Origin: Octopus vulgaris
Taxonomy: Eukaryota
Length of the DNA stretch: 64,000 nt
NCBI GenBank assembly: GCA_951406725.2
Contig: OX597814.1
Span: forward strand, 61,318,001-61,382,000
Direction of reading: 5' to 3'
Part shown: piece by piece, positions 13,138 to 26,580 of the stretch
How the letters are laid out: the number at the start of each line of letters is the position of its first letter
Numbering within the stretch: the first letter of the stretch is position 1
Notes under the pieces: generated by a model
Told to the model about the DNA's origin: nothing
Databases searched by the model: none
Seen by the model: the letters and a program-made list of their open reading frames with translations, nothing else
Position numbers and translations under genes: made by a program

Positions 13138-13356
13138 TTCAAATTTCCAGAAAACAAAAGACGAAGACAGGTGTAAGAACAACAAGCAGGTGTATTAGTT
13201 TAACACTCAGGAAGAATGGAAAAGTCTTTTATGTTTTGAGCCTACTTTTATCCTGTTTTGACAGACAAGATTTAGAGGAAAAAGAAAGGAGAGAGAATGA
13301 AAAATAACAGGGAGAAAAAAATGTGTAGGGATTAACAGTCCAACATGATGAAATAG

Positions 13357-13409
<53 letters not shown>

Positions 13410-13410
<1 letters not shown>

Positions 13411-14002
13411 CATCATCATCATCGTTTAGCATCCGCTTTCCATGCTAGCATGGGTTGGACGGTTCAACTGGGGTCTGGGAAGCCAGAAGGCTGCACCAGG
13501 CCCAGTTTGATCTGGCAATGTTTCTATGGCTGGATGCCCTTCCTAACGCCAACCACTCCATGAGTGTAGCAGGTGCTTTTTACGTGCCACCGGCACAAGT
13601 GCCAGACGAGTCTGGCAAACGGCCACGATCGGATGGTGCTCTTTATGTGCCACCGGCACAGGGCCCAGGCGAGGCTGGCAAACGGCCACGATCGGATGGT
13701 GCTTTTTATGTGCCACCGGCACAGAGGCCAGGCGAGGCTGGCAACGGCCACGAACGGATGGTGCTTTTTTCGTGCCACTGGCACGAGGCCAGTCGGGGCG
13801 GCGCTGGCAACGGCCACGTTCGGATGGTTCTCTTACGTGCCACCGGCACTGGTAACTCAGCTGCAATTTCCATTGATCGATTTCGATTCTGATTTCCACT
13901 TGCCTCAACAGGTCTTCACAAGAAGAGTTTTGTGTCCCAAGAAGGGAAGGTATGCATAAGTGAACTGGCTACATCCCATGTAGAAGGCCACGGGTTATGG
14001 TT
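13410..14002 (-). mobile_element. RTE LINE 3' UTR copy with five gtgccacc-containing tandem units
   Basis: Same tail as 3245-3570, with units spaced ~60-64 bp; it produces the overlapping pseudo-ORFs at 13455-13959. Confidence 0.9.
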
Positions 14003-14229
14003 ATATATATATATATATATGAATAAATGAAAGAATGGAGTCGAACGAAGATGTTAACAAAATTCTTTCATTTATTCATATACAACACACAAATTTCTGC
14101 ACATGAACTCGGAGTTTCTACCCTTGACAGGTCGCTTCAACCGTGTTTTTGACGTGAATTTGCTATCCAGGTTTCGGTTTAACAAATTTTCCATGCTGAT
14201 GATAAACATAGGATAATTCATTCACCTAC

Positions 14230-14230
14230 T

Positions 14231-14261
<31 letters not shown>

Positions 14262-14346
14262 ATATATACATATATATATATTATATATACATATATATAT
14301 ATTATATATACATATATATATATTATATATACATATATATATATAT

Positions 14347-14412
<66 letters not shown>
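14230..14412. repeat. (TA)n microsatellite with ~20-22-bp higher-order period
   Basis: Repeated tatatatatattatatatacat followed by pure (TA)n. Confidence 0.9.
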
Positions 14413-14415
<3 letters not shown>

Positions 14416-14453
14416 TCTTTTAGTCTTTTACTTGTTTTAGTCATTAGACTGTG

Positions 14454-14495
<42 letters not shown>

Positions 14496-14651
14496 ACAGG
14501 CTTCTCTCAGTTTCCATCTACCAAAGCCACTCACAAGGCTTTGCTCGGTCTGAGGCTACAGCAGAAGACATACATACATACATACAGCCATGCCTGTATG
14601 CATGCATATATGTATGTATGTATGTATGTATGTATATATGTATATATTTCA

Positions 14652-15310
14652 GGTCACTTTCGAGTGCTACTGGTAACACGTAACCCAGTACAACCTGTTG
14701 CATGGTCGGGTTGGCGGCGACTAAACCAGCAACCCCACCAAGCTTGCTTGGTGAGGAGGGTGTTTATTGAACACCCTACGGGATGATAAACAAAACCCGT
14801 CAAAGGGCGGAGGAACTCTTGAGAGTCAACGGCCATCCAATAAATGTCTTAAGGCTGTATCATGTGCGGGGACATAGAAATAATCGAACTGAATACCCGA
14901 TCGCACAGTTAAAACATTGGGAGTGAAGGACTCCTAGCCTTTGTTAGGGCATCCTTCTAGGAGAAGGTAACTCAGGTAACTGGGATAACTCTGAGATAAA
15001 ACATGCGACTCAGTGGTTACCGATGATGTTGACTTGTTCTTCTTTTCAGATTATGGCTGCTGTTGCTTAGTGAGTGGGATTGACTCAGTGCACAGCCTTT
15101 CCTCACTTTGAAAAAAAAATCTTCTTGCACAGGCATTGCACGATAACAACATTGATTAAGCTTCGCGCAATGGCCATACTCGATAACGAGGGGGCAGCCA
15201 CCATGTATGTATGTATGTATATATGTATGTATCCATGTATGTATGTATGTATATATGTATGTATGCATGTATGTATGTATGTATATATGTATGTATGCAT
15301 GTATGTATGT
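14652..15310 (+). mobile_element. Non-autonomous RTE-like retroelement with (TATG)n tail
   Basis: GC/CpG-rich body with gttagggcatccttctaggagaaggtaactc (RTE 5'-UTR-like); terminal ~78 bp recur at 19523-19601, also followed by TATG repeats; no long ORF. Confidence 0.6.
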
Positions 15311-15567
15311 AAGTATAGTATTGAAATTGAATACTAGGTATGAGTGGGGGTAAAACAGAAATTTACCCAGAATTTATAAGGCAGATAAGAAAATGGAGAG
15401 GATAATCATTCAACAAACATGAGCCTGTAAACATTCATTTAGATCTATTTACTAATTGATTACAATCATATGTATAAATAATAAAAACAAACAAATGAAA
15501 TAAGCAAACAAACAAGTAAATAAATAGATAAATAAATAAATGAATGAGAATAAATGAGTGAAAAATA

Positions 15568-16047
15568 CTAAACACAGCTATTTCTACTATGGGTACTAAT
15601 AGTATTATGGGGAAAATATTTAATTTCATCGTTATACCTTGCATTTTTAAGTGCTACATTATACTTATCCTTGTGTTTATTAAATATTGCTTCATTTAAG
15701 GAAAGGTTTGAGATTCTTTTGCTTATATTTCTTAAAAGGGCTCTTTTTATTGATTGGGGATGGTTACTGAAATTATTTATATATCTTAAATTAGAGTTCT
15801 GCTTCATATATGGTTCATATAGTCCAGTGTTTAAGTTACATTTTGCATCTAGATAGTTAATGGAGTAATTTTCATTCTCTGTAGTTACAGAGAGACCAAA
15901 TCTACTGAAAAACTTATGTAGGCATTTCTTAAATAATTCTAGGAGCCTATTAGAGTGATTTCTAACTACAAAGAATGCATCATCTCTATACAGACCTCCC
16001 CTTAATTCTGGGAATTCCCTGTTTATGTTATCTAAGAGGTAGACCTC
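15568..16047 (-). pseudogene. Penelope-like element reverse transcriptase fragment
   Basis: YLLDNINREFPELRGGLYRDDAFFVV...NYLDAKCNLNTGLYEPYMKQNSNLRYINNFSNHPQSIKRAL: YRDD catalytic motif plus the PLE thumb Y.K......YI...SNHP. Confidence 0.9.
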
Positions 16048-16350
16048 ACACAACAGTATAGACTTTGTGATTGGAGAAATAGTAACAATTGTGTCTTTAG
16101 TAATAATTGCAATAAAAAAGAAATAGTCTACCAATGTGTAGTAAGTACTCAATCGAATGATAAGGTATATGTGGGGGCCACCCAAAACCATATGAAACGT
16201 AGACTGTATACCTTCAGAAACAGAAACAGGAGGAATTCCACTGGTTCGAGTAATTATATATGGGACCTTAAAGATAAGAGTATTGGTTATGACCTCCTTT
16301 GGAAAATTTTAGCCTCAGTACCTGCATATGATTTAATGAATCCAGCTTAA
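16048..16350 (+). pseudogene. Penelope-like element GIY-YIG endonuclease fragment (missed by the ORF track)
   Basis: Open plus frame RLCDWRNSNNCVFSNNCNKKEIVYQCVVSTQSNDKVYVGATQNHMKRRLYTFRNRNRRNSTGSSNYIWDLKDKSIGYDLLWKILASVPAY: Cys cluster, IVY...YVG, and ST.LS.YIW.LK. Confidence 0.85.
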
Positions 16351-16686
16351 TTTAATTCATCCTTAGTCGAAAGACACCTGTTGTTATGTCCTGTTATTTG
16401 TATTTGTGTAACATTCTCTGTTTTTTTTTCCGTCCTTGTTTTCGTATACATTCGCTGCTTTCTTCCAAGGAATCTAATGCTCTTAGCTTAGATTTTCCTT
16501 GGGGCTGGCCAGATTGGAGAAATCTCAAGTATAACCAGCCAAAATTGCAAATATAATCTGGAACTTGACTGAGGAAAGAAAACTCTGAATGACCCGTCCT
16601 TGTTTTCTTTGTATTATCTATCTGGATGTTTTGTTGTCCCTTTTCGTATCACCTGTCTGGATGTTTTGCATTCTTGTCCCATTTTG

Positions 16687-16729
<43 letters not shown>

Positions 16730-16804
16730 AATAAATAAAATATATGCATACATACATACATATATGTACGTACCTACATCTACATGTATATATACATGCA
16801 TATA

Positions 16805-17445
16805 TCATCATCGTTTAACGTCCGCTTTCCATGCTAGCATGGGTTGGACGGTTCAACTGGGGTCTGGGGAGCCCGAAGGCTGCACCAGGCCAGTCAGATC
16901 TGGCAGTGTTTCTACAGCTGGATGCCCTTCCTAACGCCAACCACTCCGAGAGTGTAGTGGGTGATTTTATGTGCCACCGACACAGGTGCCAGACAAGGCT
17001 GGCGAACGGTCACACTCGGATGGTGTTTTTTATGTGCCACCGACACAGGTGCCAGACGAGGCTGCCAGACGGCCACGCTCGGATGGTGTTTTTTATGAGC
17101 CACCGACACAGGTGCCAGACGAGGCTGGCGAATGGCCACGATCGGATGGTGTTTGTTACGTGCCCACAGCACGGAGGCCAGTCGATGCGGTACTGGCTAC
17201 GGCCACACTCGGATGGTTTTCTTATGTGCCACCGGCACTGGTACCACAAAGATACAAATTCCATTGATGTTCATCTATTTTGATTTGGTTTGATTTTCAC
17301 TTGCCTCAACAGGTCTTCACAAGTGTCACAAGAAGGAAGGTATGCACAGGTGGACTGACTACGTCCCAGGTAGGGGCCACGGGTTATGGCCTCACTAGTC
17401 TTGCCGGGTCTTCTCACGCACAGCATACTTCCATAGGTCTCGGTC
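16805..17445 (-). mobile_element. RTE LINE 3' UTR copy with five tandem units (young subfamily)
   Basis: Near-identical reverse complement of 27163-27800. Confidence 0.9.
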
Positions 17446-18813
17446 TATATATATATATGTGAGTACAGGACACCACAAATAAACGTAGAACACAAAGAGA
17501 AACGAAAACATAAAAACAACTAGGAAACGGACTTTTTTTAACAACGAAAAAACAGAGTACAAGACAAACAATACAAGGAATATTCCCCATCATCAGCTGT
17601 CCCTGGATCGACTCAATGCGTGTTTCGAAGGTAAGGATGTATGTATGTATGTATGTTGGTAGGTAGGTATGTATGTATGAGGGTATATGGCATAGTGATT
17701 ATGGTGTTGCACTCATAATCACAAGGTCATGGGTTCAATTTCTAGACCAGGTTGTGTGTTGTGTTCTTGGGCAAAACACTTCATCTAACATTGCTCTGCG
17801 TTAATTTTGACACCTGATATGTAGCACACCATACACCTGTTCAGGCAATGTTAATTTGATATCAGGAGTGAGTTAATGTACTAGAGAAACATTTGACCAC
17901 TATGAACAAATTATTTATGTTCAGTAACAAATTACAGAACCATTTTTCACAGGCAACAAGAAATTACCATCGTGTATGCACACATCTGTGTACACAGGGG
18001 CATCGTGTGTGAGAGTGTAAGAGTATAAGTAAATCAAGTAGATGTTAATATACTAATTGACATATGGAAGAAAAAATATCAATATACTAATATTTGTGCT
18101 CTTGGTGAAAATAAGCACACACACCCATTCACACACACACAAATACACACGCACATACACACATACATATCACCATCATCATTATCATTATTTCTTAGTG
18201 ACTGTGTTCCATGCCCTCATGGGCAAGATAGTTTGACGGGATCCGACAGATCTAATGACAATATCATGTTCCAATGTCAGCTAAGGCAGTTTCTACCACT
18301 GAATAGATAAAATAATACTGAAACACTGTCTCTGGTTTTCTACTAATGCCACTTAGAGCTTAGAGCTTAAAGCTTAGATCAACATGTTTTTATACCAAAA
18401 ATCAACAAAAAGAACATTTTTCTCTGAGACAAATCCTGTGGCGAATACCATTCACATTCAAGTGTACAAAAGCATATTAAAAATACACGTATGCAAACAC
18501 ACACACATTCTCTCTCTCTCTCCCTCCCCGTCTCTATCTCTTTCTATCTCTCATATTTGAATATTTTAAACAAACCATATATCTGCAAGAGTTCTCTTAT
18601 CCCAGAAATTTGTCGGCCAGTTGAGAGCAAAACACAAATCAATATCTAGTAAAGTTAAAAGTCAATATGAAATAGTTGGAAAGTTCTTAACTGGAACATT
18701 GTCGATACATGTAAAAATCAATATATACTGTCTATATATTTCATGTTGAAATATATATTAAAAGTACACACACACATTGTACCCTCTGTGTATGTTGTAT
18801 GTATATATATATG

Positions 18814-18875
<62 letters not shown>

Positions 18876-19789
18876 TTTATAATAGTATAAAATACAATTA
18901 TAATTAAGAGCACAGAGGATTCTGTGCCTAAATGCTGAAGATAGACTCTAAATCCGTCTAACTACTCCAAATAATTACTTTATAATTTACACAGGTTGAA
19001 AGCAAGGAAGTAGACTGACAGAAATTCATAAAATAATTCAGGTAATTTTGAACTGAAGAATTTCTGGATTAGTATAATAACTTTTCCTTCATCAGCAAAA
19101 TGAATTTACCTAGATAGGTCTATTTTATATGCTGACCACTAATAAAAACAAAATTTATGATTTTATCTCTTAATTATGTGTGTGTGTGTATGTGTGTGTG
19201 AGTGCATGTGTGCATGTGTGTGTGTGTGTATTTGAAGGAATAAGCAGAAATGGCTTTATGGTTTTCTGATAATCTTTCCACTTTAGTAAGTAGATTTTTA
19301 TGAAGAGCTGTTTTATAAACATCTGATTATTGAAGTGGAAAAATTATCAGGAAAGCCATTCTTATTCATTTCTTTAAATATACTATACTGTACCAAGTAC
19401 TTTTTATTTTTAATTTTACCACATGTATACACAAACACACACACATGCACATATATATATGTTTGTATGTGTATATATATGTATGTATGTATGTATGTGT
19501 GTGTATGTATGTATGTATGTATATGCACAGGCATTGCACGATAACAACATTGATTAAGCTTCGCACAATGGCCATACTCGATAACGAGGGGGCAACCACC
19601 AAGTATATGCATGTATGTATGTATATTTATATACTTTATTAATAAAGTTGCAAAGCCCATGCCTGCATGGAAAACGGATGTTAAATGATGATGATGATGA
19701 TGATGATGATATATATATAGAGAGAATAAAATCTATTTGCCAACGTAAAGTGGCAGACCTGATTAGGATGATGTTACTACTATTTTTAG

Positions 19790-21185
19790 CCCCAGGAAAA
19801 CTTCCAGCTGGCTACCAATGCACAATGACGTCCTTATACCTTAAACAAAGGAGTTAATGTCCCAACTCAACCTTAAACTGCACCTGCAGACCATGGTTTC
19901 TGAATTATTTCTCTCCATCAGCACAGGATAACCATTGGTTATAGATGGCAACACTAGTTTTTTCCCCAGGCATGTGATGGAAGATGTTTTCTACACATTT
20001 TCAGTGTTGTCCCTGTGCACCTGTTACACACAAAAACCTATCTTCCCGGTTAACTTTCCTTTGATATTGCTGCACCTCTTATGTGTCCATAGCTTACACC
20101 AGGTACATCTTATGGAGTTTCTACCTACGCCTTTTCTACAGATCAATCAGGGCCATCTACCTGAAAGGATTTATGATTTGCCTGCATTCCTACTAACTTT
20201 GGTTTTTGTTAGATTGACTCTAAGGCCCTTTGATTTCAGATCTTGCTTCCACAACTGAAACTTCTCCTCTAGTTCAGCTATTAGAGAAAGGTTATCAGCA
20301 TAGAGGAGCTCCCAGGGGCATCCTGTCTTGAATTCCTATGTTATTGCCTGGAGGACTTTGATGAAAAAAAGTGGACTGAGGACTGATCCTTGGTGGACCC
20401 CTACCCGAAATTCTTCACTGTACTCATTGCCAACTCTCACCTTACTGACAGCATCCCTGTACAGCTCTCACTAACCACTCATCTATCCCTAGTTTCTGCA
20501 TTGACCACTAGATAAAGGATTAGGGGACCCTGTCAAAATCTTTCTCCATGTCAACAAAAACCAAGTACAGAGGTTTATTTTATTTTTGGCTAAGTGTTTC
20601 TCCTGCAGTTGTCTTACCAGAAATATAGCATCAGTAGTGCTTCTCCCTGGCACAAACCCAAACTGCATCTCATCTAATCTAACTCTCTCCCTAATTAGTT
20701 GGGCTATAACTCTCTCTGTGACTTTCATCACCTGATCCAACAATTTGATACCTCTGTAATTATTCGTACCTAATATGTCACCTTTACCTTTGTAGCAGTT
20801 GACTATGGTATTACTCCTTCATTGGGTATTACTCCTTCATGTATCACCTGATTGACTATACGGGTGACTAGACTAAAGCCTTCACCACCAGATATTTTAA
20901 GCATCTTTACAGTGATTCCTGATGGGCCGGGTGCTTTCCCTGTCTTCATACTCTTAATTACTTTATCTACCAAGGTACTGTCAATTCAGATAGCTGGTCC
21001 CTCTGTTGGGTTGACACTTGGCAGACTCTCTTTCTCCCATTCATTCTCTTTGTTTAGCAACCTTTCATAATTGTGTCTCTAAGACTCTCTCTTTGTAGCC
21101 TCATTAAATGCAAGTGAGCCATCATCCATGTGGACACATCTCTCTTCTACAACATCATGTTTCTCTCTCACACACTGTCTTGTAA
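19790..21185 (-). pseudogene. RTE-clade LINE reverse transcriptase, frameshifted
   Basis: LDQVMKVTERVIAQLIRERVRLDEMQFGFVPGRSTTDAIFLVRQLQEK; VGVHQGSVLSP; CPWELLYAD. Confidence 0.9.
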
Positions 21186-21199
21186 CATATATTTATCAA

Positions 21200-21720
21200 A
21201 ATTACATAAAAATAGCTTGAAATACTAAAGAGTAAATTTATTCAATAAAATCACCTTTGGCTTCAACCAGAGCCTCCAGATGACTTCAGAATCTCCTGCA
21301 ACTCTTCTGGACAGTCTCCTTGTTTAAGTTGGTGAATGCTGCCATAATCCTTGCCTTCAATTCATCTTTGGTGTTGCAAGAAGTTTTGTTGGTCTCTTGT
21401 TCAACAGCGCCCCACACATAATAATCAAGGGGGTTGCAGTCTAGAGAGTTAGACAGCCTGATGTTAAGAGTGATGTGGTTGCAGAAATTGTCTGACAGCC
21501 ATGGACCAAGCTCTGGTACAGAGTCCTGTTGCCAGGCATAGGGTCTTCCATCAGCCACCCTCTTGACACATGGCAGCATGACCTCCTCCAGGCACTTGAT
21601 GTAGGCCTCCATGCTGAGTCTGAGGCCATGTGGGAAGATGAATGGAAGCATAACATCGCCATCACTAGTGTTCACGCCAAACACCATGATGTTGACTGGA
21701 TGTTTGATTTTTTACAAAAA
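21200..21720 (-). pseudogene. Tc1/mariner-superfamily transposase fragment (maT/DD37D-like)
   Basis: MVFGV..SDG.VM.PFIF..GL...EAYIKCLE...WQQDS.P...S.DCNPLDYYVWGAVE; the third catalytic residue is D (NPLDY). Confidence 0.85.
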
Positions 21721-22243
21721 AAATAAATAAACGAGTGTAAATTGAACCGGTGAGTGTGTTAATTAATAAGGCATTAAAACAGAATGACTCTCCCCAGACA
21801 ACAAAATATGCTTCAACACATGAATTCACATAAAGTATCTTGCAAACCAAATACAAAAACAAAATATGTGTGTGTGTATGTGTATACACACACACGCATA
21901 TATAAATATGTGTCAGTATATATCTATATCAATATATACATATACATACATACATACATATGTATATATGAAACATTTTTGAAATTCATAACTTTAAAAT
22001 TGAATAGAAGATATGAAATCCACCTGATGAATGTCATTTGAAGACAGGAAACAATTGTAGTGGCGATTTATTTACTTTATATTAAAATTTTTTTATGTAT
22101 TGATTAAGTCTTTCCTTGTTTGATTTGCAAAATAGTGGTTTTGTCTCTAATTAATATTATATAATATTTTACTATAAAATTGGATTCAATCCTAAATCTG
22201 ATTTTTCCCTGTAAATTTGGATTTATTCCCTAATATTTATTAT

Positions 22244-22302
<59 letters not shown>

Positions 22303-22370
22303 AAAATTGAAAAAAAGTTTTTTTTGATAGTTACAATATTGACTTTTTTGATAGTTACAATATTGACACA

Positions 22371-22404
<34 letters not shown>

Positions 22405-24264
22405 ACACACACACATACGAAAGTAAAGATACAAAAGTGTTTTCACATACAAAAATGTTTCATATATAAGTTTCACAATAAAAATATTAGTGTATATTTT
22501 GACAAAGAGTGTTGTATGCATACACATACGAACAAAAAGAGAATTACATTTACTGAAAAGATTTCACATAAAAGAAGTTTTGCTGAATGAATATTTCTGC
22601 ACATTTTAACCAAGGAAGTTTTATGGGAAAAGGAAAAAAATCATTTTACTAACCAGTTTATGTTGTTATCAGTCTTTTAAAGTATGCCTTTCAATGTCAG
22701 TTTTAGTCCATAGGCAAGAAATTTAGCCATGAAGCAATCTTAACACATGGGCTAATAATTGTATTTTAAAATACATATTTTAAAGGACATATTTTAAAAT
22801 TTGCAAAGGTGATAGCTATATAAACCAGTGTGTAAAATGTGATTTTCTTTTGTCAAACAGAAAGATGGGATGGTTACAACTATAGCATCATTGGTCATAT
22901 ATCTGCTCAGTCAGCACTGGTCTGGGGCTAAACAATAACAACATACTTTATTTGACATCACTGTCTCTTCCCTGCTCCCAGAATGTCAGTTGGTTACAGC
23001 AGAAGCAGATAACTTAGTCCACATTGACTTACTGTGCAACAATCTCTGCCCCTGAAACCCCTTTAACATTTCTAGTTAGAGAAGTGGGAAAAAGATTTAG
23101 AAGTATGAAGAGGCCGAAAAGCAAATTGCCATGTTTAATTATATTATCTTAATATAATTAAACATAGCAATTTGCTTTTAAAAGTAAATTTTAAAATTTT
23201 TCCCACAAGTAGCAAAGAAAGAAGTGGTATATGAACACACTCTATTTTTGTCTTCTTACTAGTAAAGAGAAGAGGCAAAAAAATTGTCACTATTTGGTGG
23301 TGGTGGTGGTGGTGAGGGACTGCTTTTGGTCAGCTACAGAGAAGCACTTAGAGTATTAATGTTGCTGTTATTGTTAAACACCAAGTTGACTCTTAATAAA
23401 CATATCTATGAGCACTCCTATGTGTCAAAGTTCTTACCACACCCAACTTTCTTTAAAGACTTAGGTGTACTTCATTTTTTTTTTTCTTGAGATTACATGC
23501 TGTGCTTCAACAAAGACTTGGTTGCTATTTCATGAAGGTTAAACAATCACATAAAGGCTTCTTTATTGTTTTTTTTTTGTCAGAGTATTTAGTTTAGTAG
23601 GTGGACAACAGTGTGTGCATAGCATTTAATTTTATTCCAATCCTTTCTTATTCTTATCATTCTTCTAGGAACCAACATTACCTTCTATTCTTTTGATCCC
23701 CTGGGGTTTATGAATGTTAAGTATTATAGGCATTGATTCAACTGATTATACTCTGAAACCAACATTTCATCTAGCAAGCTTTGTCATATTTAGTTATATT
23801 CTTTTACATTCTGAGTTCCAATCCTACTGTTGTAAACCATTAATCTTACCATGATCAATAAAAGAAGTACCAGCAGTCAACTGACCCCTCCCTCCACACA
23901 CACTTTTTGGCTTGCTTTCTATGTTAGAAATCGTTATTTAATTGAGTTAATTGGAATCAAACTAAGTAAAACAGTAGAACACTGAACATTATTATAATTT
24001 TGTTCCTCTTGACTGAATTTAAACTCCATCAGAGTTAACTTTGGCTTTCATTTCACAGTCACTTATAACATAATTACCTGTAATATACTGAGGTTGATTG
24101 TTCAGAAACTGACCATTTCCTTATGTAATAAATCTTTGTTTAATACAATATTGGTTTACAGATATATAGATGTAAAATCAAATGAAGCATTATCACATTA
24201 CCAACAGCTAGATCTTTTATTTCATCTAGGATATATTCCAATTCTATTATTTCAACTAAGAGAG

Positions 24265-24482
24265 AAAGCAGTGAGCTGGCAGAATCATTAGCATGCTGGT
24301 TAAACTGGTTAGCAGTATTTCATCCATCTGTATGTTCTGAGTTCAAACTCCACCAAGGTCAACTTTATCTTTCATCCTTTCAGGGTTGATAAAATAGGCA
24401 CCAGTTGATCACTGAGGTTGATATAATCAACTTCCACCATCACCCCCGAATTTCTGGCCTTGTGCCAAAATTTGAAACCATT
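24265..24482 (+). mobile_element. SINE family B
   Basis: gcagtgagctggcagaatc...gagttcaaactcc...tttcatcctttcagggttgataaaatag. Confidence 0.85.
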
Positions 24483-25119
24483 ATTTCAACTAAGAAAGAA
24501 AAATATGAAATAACATGTGAAGCAAAATGGCTCAATTAGGAATTGAAACCCACTAAGCAAGCATGGCTTTCTGGGACTTGAAACATCTGTATGGTCCCAG
24601 CACAGATACTGGTTGTTATTGATGATAAGGTTGATTAGTGGTCATCTTGTCTTTTCATATATTTGCTATGCTCTTTTTTTATTACAACAGTGAAGTAACA
24701 TCTAAAGGAATAGGGTTCATATTTATAGAAGATTGAACCACTGTGTAAAGGATCCTTTGTTGGTTCATGGATATGCTAGATAAAATACTTGAATGAGAAA
24801 CAATCATTTTTTTTTTGTGCATGTTACTATTTCTTCTCTGTCTACATTTCACTGAACAATTCAAGGAATGTTTTTCTTTTTATTTTTATGACATCTCATC
24901 AAACAGCTTTTCCCTGTGCTGTCACATTACCTTACAATTCAAGCCACCACCCATATTTTGGTGATTCATATCAAAATAGAACTCATGTTTCCATATTTTG
25001 ATATTCTGCCCAGCTGTCACCAAGCACAGTCCGCATATAAAACTTATTTCCACCATATCATAACAGTGAAGCCAAACAGATATTCCACTTATTTCTGATT
25101 TTTACTTTACTTTTATCTT

Positions 25120-25635
25120 TTTCTTCTTTTTTTTTCAACTTGTTTCAGTCATTGAACTGTGAACTGTGACAATGCTGGAGCACTGCCTTGAAGTGTTTCA
25201 TCAATCAAATCGATCCCTGTACTTTTTTTGTCTGTTTTTTTAAATTTTAGTGCTTATTATATCAGTCTCTTTTGCTGAACCACTAAGTTATGGGGACATA
25301 AGCAAACCAACATTAGTTATCAAGTAGTGGTGATGGACAAACAAAATAAATACAAAGAAACACACACTCACACAAACATATACACACTTCCATGCACACA
25401 CAGATACACACATACACACACACACACATACACACGCATACACAGACACACACACACTCACACACAGACACACACACATACGCAACAGACTCCTTCGCAG
25501 TTTTCATCAGCCAAATTCACTTACAAAATATTAACCCAGGGCTATAGTTGAAGACACTTGCCCAAGGTGCTGTACAGTGGGACTGAACCTGAAACTTTGT
25601 GGTTGCAAAGCAAGTGCCTTGACCACACAGCTATG
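25120..25635 (-). mobile_element. SINE family A
   Basis: Full head-body-(CA)n-tail structure as at 2445-2855. Confidence 0.85.
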
Positions 25636-25904
25636 TCATTTAAACAGATTTCTCATATCTATGTGTAAAACAATCCAATAGCTCTATGGAAATTATTTTA
25701 CTAAAAACCGTCACATTTTTAATATTGCAAGGAACTTTTTTTAAAGGCTTAGTTAGTGGAAGAAGAGCTGTGTCTATGACATCTTTGGGGTTTCAGGGAC
25801 TGGTGAAAGGAGGGGAGGAAGATATAATTACATCAGGTAGCTGATCTATATGCATACAACAAAGAGACACTGCTAAAGGCAACCAAAAGCCAAGTAATAT
25901 AATA

Positions 25905-26125
25905 ATAGTTTCAAATTTTGGCACAAGGCCAGTAATTTCAGGGGCGGGTGTAAGTCATTTATATCGACATCAGTACTCAAAGAAGGTACTTATTTTATCA
26001 ACTTCAAAAGAATGAAAGGCAAAGTTGACTTTGGCAGAATTTGGACTCAGAACATAAAGATGGACGAAATACTGATAAGCATTGCATCTGGCATGCTAAC
26101 TATTCAATTCTACCAGCTCATTGCG
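25905..26125 (-). mobile_element. SINE family B
   Basis: aatgaaaggcaaagttgactttggcagaatttggactcagaac. Confidence 0.8.
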
Positions 26126-26139
26126 ATCCCAGATAATAT

Positions 26140-26580
26140 AATAATAATAAACTTGTATATAGTGCTCAGGTGCACTACAACTCATCTGAAGAAATGACCA
26201 AAAAATGCATGAACAGAACATGGAAGCGAACAGTGAATGAGTAATTTAAATAAAAAAAGAAAGGTGAGGTATCAGGTGTATTGTTGGTGAATTTCAAGAA
26301 GCATGGAAATTTTGAAAGATGTAGTCACAACAGCTGCTTACAACTGATCAGGTAATTTATTCCATGCTTCAGCAATTCTGAGTGGGAAAAATCTTCTGAA
26401 AGCTATGGGTGCTGTATTGTATTATGGTTTTGTAAGCGTGTCCACTAGTATTAGATATATGGAATTCAAAAGGGTACCCAAGATTGTTGTTGGAAAGATA
26501 GTGGATAACCTTGGAAGTGTCTACTGGGTCAGTTGCCAGACATCAGAGTTTTAATGTGTCTATGCCCTAAGAAGTAAGTC
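26140..26580 (-). mobile_element. CR1-like LINE 3' end
   Basis: Reverse-complement homolog of 38755-39094 (gtgctcaggtgcac terminus; RIAEAWNKLP-type motif). Confidence 0.75.

Noticed and set aside
13140-13350. Possible hammerhead remnant on the minus strand (CTGTCAA...ggctcAAAAcata)
   Set aside because: Both core segments and the stems are too degraded to call.
13455-13959. Overlapping Cys/His/Arg-rich repeat ORFs (also 16831-17283, 27315-27769, 58791-59466) and a CRISPR-like repeat/spacer look
   Set aside because: These are tandem units in a dispersed RTE 3' UTR. Frames are open on both strands because of GC-rich repeats, the 'spacers' are homologous to each other, and there are no cas genes in this eukaryotic DNA.
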